This document shows, in pieces, positions 31,418 to 32,000 of a DNA stretch of 32,000 bases (the first letter of the stretch is position 1; each line of letters opens with the position of its first letter). The notes below the pieces were generated by a model that was given only the letters and a program-made list of their open reading frames with translations, had not been told where the DNA came from and ran no database searches. Source of the stretch: Halomicronema hongdechloris C2206 (GTDB taxonomy: Bacteria > Cyanobacteriota > Cyanobacteriia > Phormidesmidales > Phormidesmidaceae). The position numbers were made by a program, and so were the translations under genes. The stretch lies in the NCBI RefSeq assembly GCF_002075285.3, contig NZ_CP021983.2, forward strand, positions 5,370,001 to 5,402,000. Reading direction: 5' to 3'.

Positions 31418-31603
31418 TTGGCCCGAGTTGAGAACATCGTAAATGATCCTAATGAACTACTTTGCTCGGACGTCGTTGATCGGTTGTATTGGGTAGGGGG
31501 AGCCGTTCATCCTGGCAGTGGTCTAATGACGATTCTAGAGTCCGCCAGGAATACCGCAACCTTGGTCAACCAGGATATTTCTAGGAGTTATTCTGGCAGC
31601 TGA
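31418..31603 (+). pseudogene. C-terminal fragment of a CrtI-like FAD-dependent oxidoreductase
   Basis: 61 codons with a TTG start. RLYWVGGAVHPGSGLMTILESARNTA resembles the terminal GLY-x-G-x-x-HPG-x-G motif of the phytoene-desaturase family. The roughly 450 aa that should precede it are missing. Confidence 0.35.
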
Positions 31604-31663
31604 GCACCCCGGCTACAATGGAACCACTGCAGCTTCTGGGGCGATGGCAACGCCAGAAAAACC

Positions 31664-32000
31664 ATGGTGGGCAAACAAACACGACGGAATTTCTTCCTGG
31701 CTGGGGCGGCGGTCGCTGGTAGCATCATCGGCGGTCGAGCCGTAAGCCAGCTCCACGGTAAATCCAACGCTACCGATACACCGCTGCCGCAGACGGAGCC
31801 CATCCCCCAGCGTTCCCTAGGAAGTACCAATGTGGTCTTGCCCATCTTCGGCCTGGGGGGGGCTGGACGCACGCCCTTGTCCCAGGAGGGGCGATCACAA
31901 GAAGCCGAAGCTCTGGTGGATGCTGCCCTAAAGCTGGGGATTCGTTACTTCGATACGGCAGCAGACTATGGTCCTAGTGAAGAGAACTTAGGCCGGGTGC
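31664..32000 (+). CDS. Aldo/keto reductase with a twin-arginine (Tat) signal peptide; 5' part, continues beyond the right edge
   Basis: Not in the ORF track because it is truncated. From ATG 31664 the translation is MVGKQTRRNFFLAGAAVAGSIIGGRAVSQ...SLGSTNVVLPIFGLGGAGRTPL...EAEALVDAALKLGIRYFDTAADYGPSEENLGRV. It has the TRRNFF Tat motif and the AKR N-terminal FDTA-x-x-YG signature. Confidence 0.75.
   Translation, partial: MVGKQTRRNFFLAGAAVAGSIIGGRAVSQLHGKSNATDTPLPQTEPIPQRSLGSTNVVLPIFGLGGAGRTPLSQEGRSQEAEALVDAALKLGIRYFDTAADYGPSEENLGRV

Noticed and set aside
31588-31872. Minus-strand 94-aa ORF at the right end.
   Set aside because: The plus-strand frame starting at 31664 encodes a Tat signal and a clear aldo/keto-reductase N-terminus, so the minus ORF is its shadow.

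Overview
This 32-kb window looks like cyanobacterial chromosome. The HIP1 palindrome GCGATCGC occurs at least 23 times by eye, and gene content includes an Sll0418-like MPBQ methyltransferase, a GUN4-like domain and an NB-ARC/WD40 giant protein. Housekeeping genes (MFS transporter fragment, rlmN, SPFH protein, TMEM14-like protein, DUF815 ATPase, a LysR/pirin/FMN-reductase unit, a beta-helix protein, a Tat-signal aldo/keto reductase) alternate with three accessory blocks. (1) 4.9-13.2 kb is a conflict/mobile island. It holds vapBC, a truncated DUF4258/YgiT pair and a 2TM-NACHT-GUN4 STAND NTPase split by one in-frame TGA. It also holds a REP-associated tyrosine transposase with REP-like palindromes inside its own ORF, a DUF488 fusion protein, an IS4-like element with 18-bp inverted repeats, an ABC-ATPase remnant and relBE/parDE. 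(2) 16.2-21.8 kb is a co-directional array of an APH-family kinase, an AAC(3)-I-like enzyme, three other GNATs, one decayed GNAT, DUF4336 and RidA. (3) 28.75-31.6 kb is a toxin-antitoxin and gene-remnant graveyard containing a duplicated vapBC cassette whose two copies carry different lesions. I found no rRNA, tRNA or CRISPR. The best candidate for an undescribed system is the membrane-anchored NACHT-GUN4 NTPase in its island, but novelty cannot be established without database searches.
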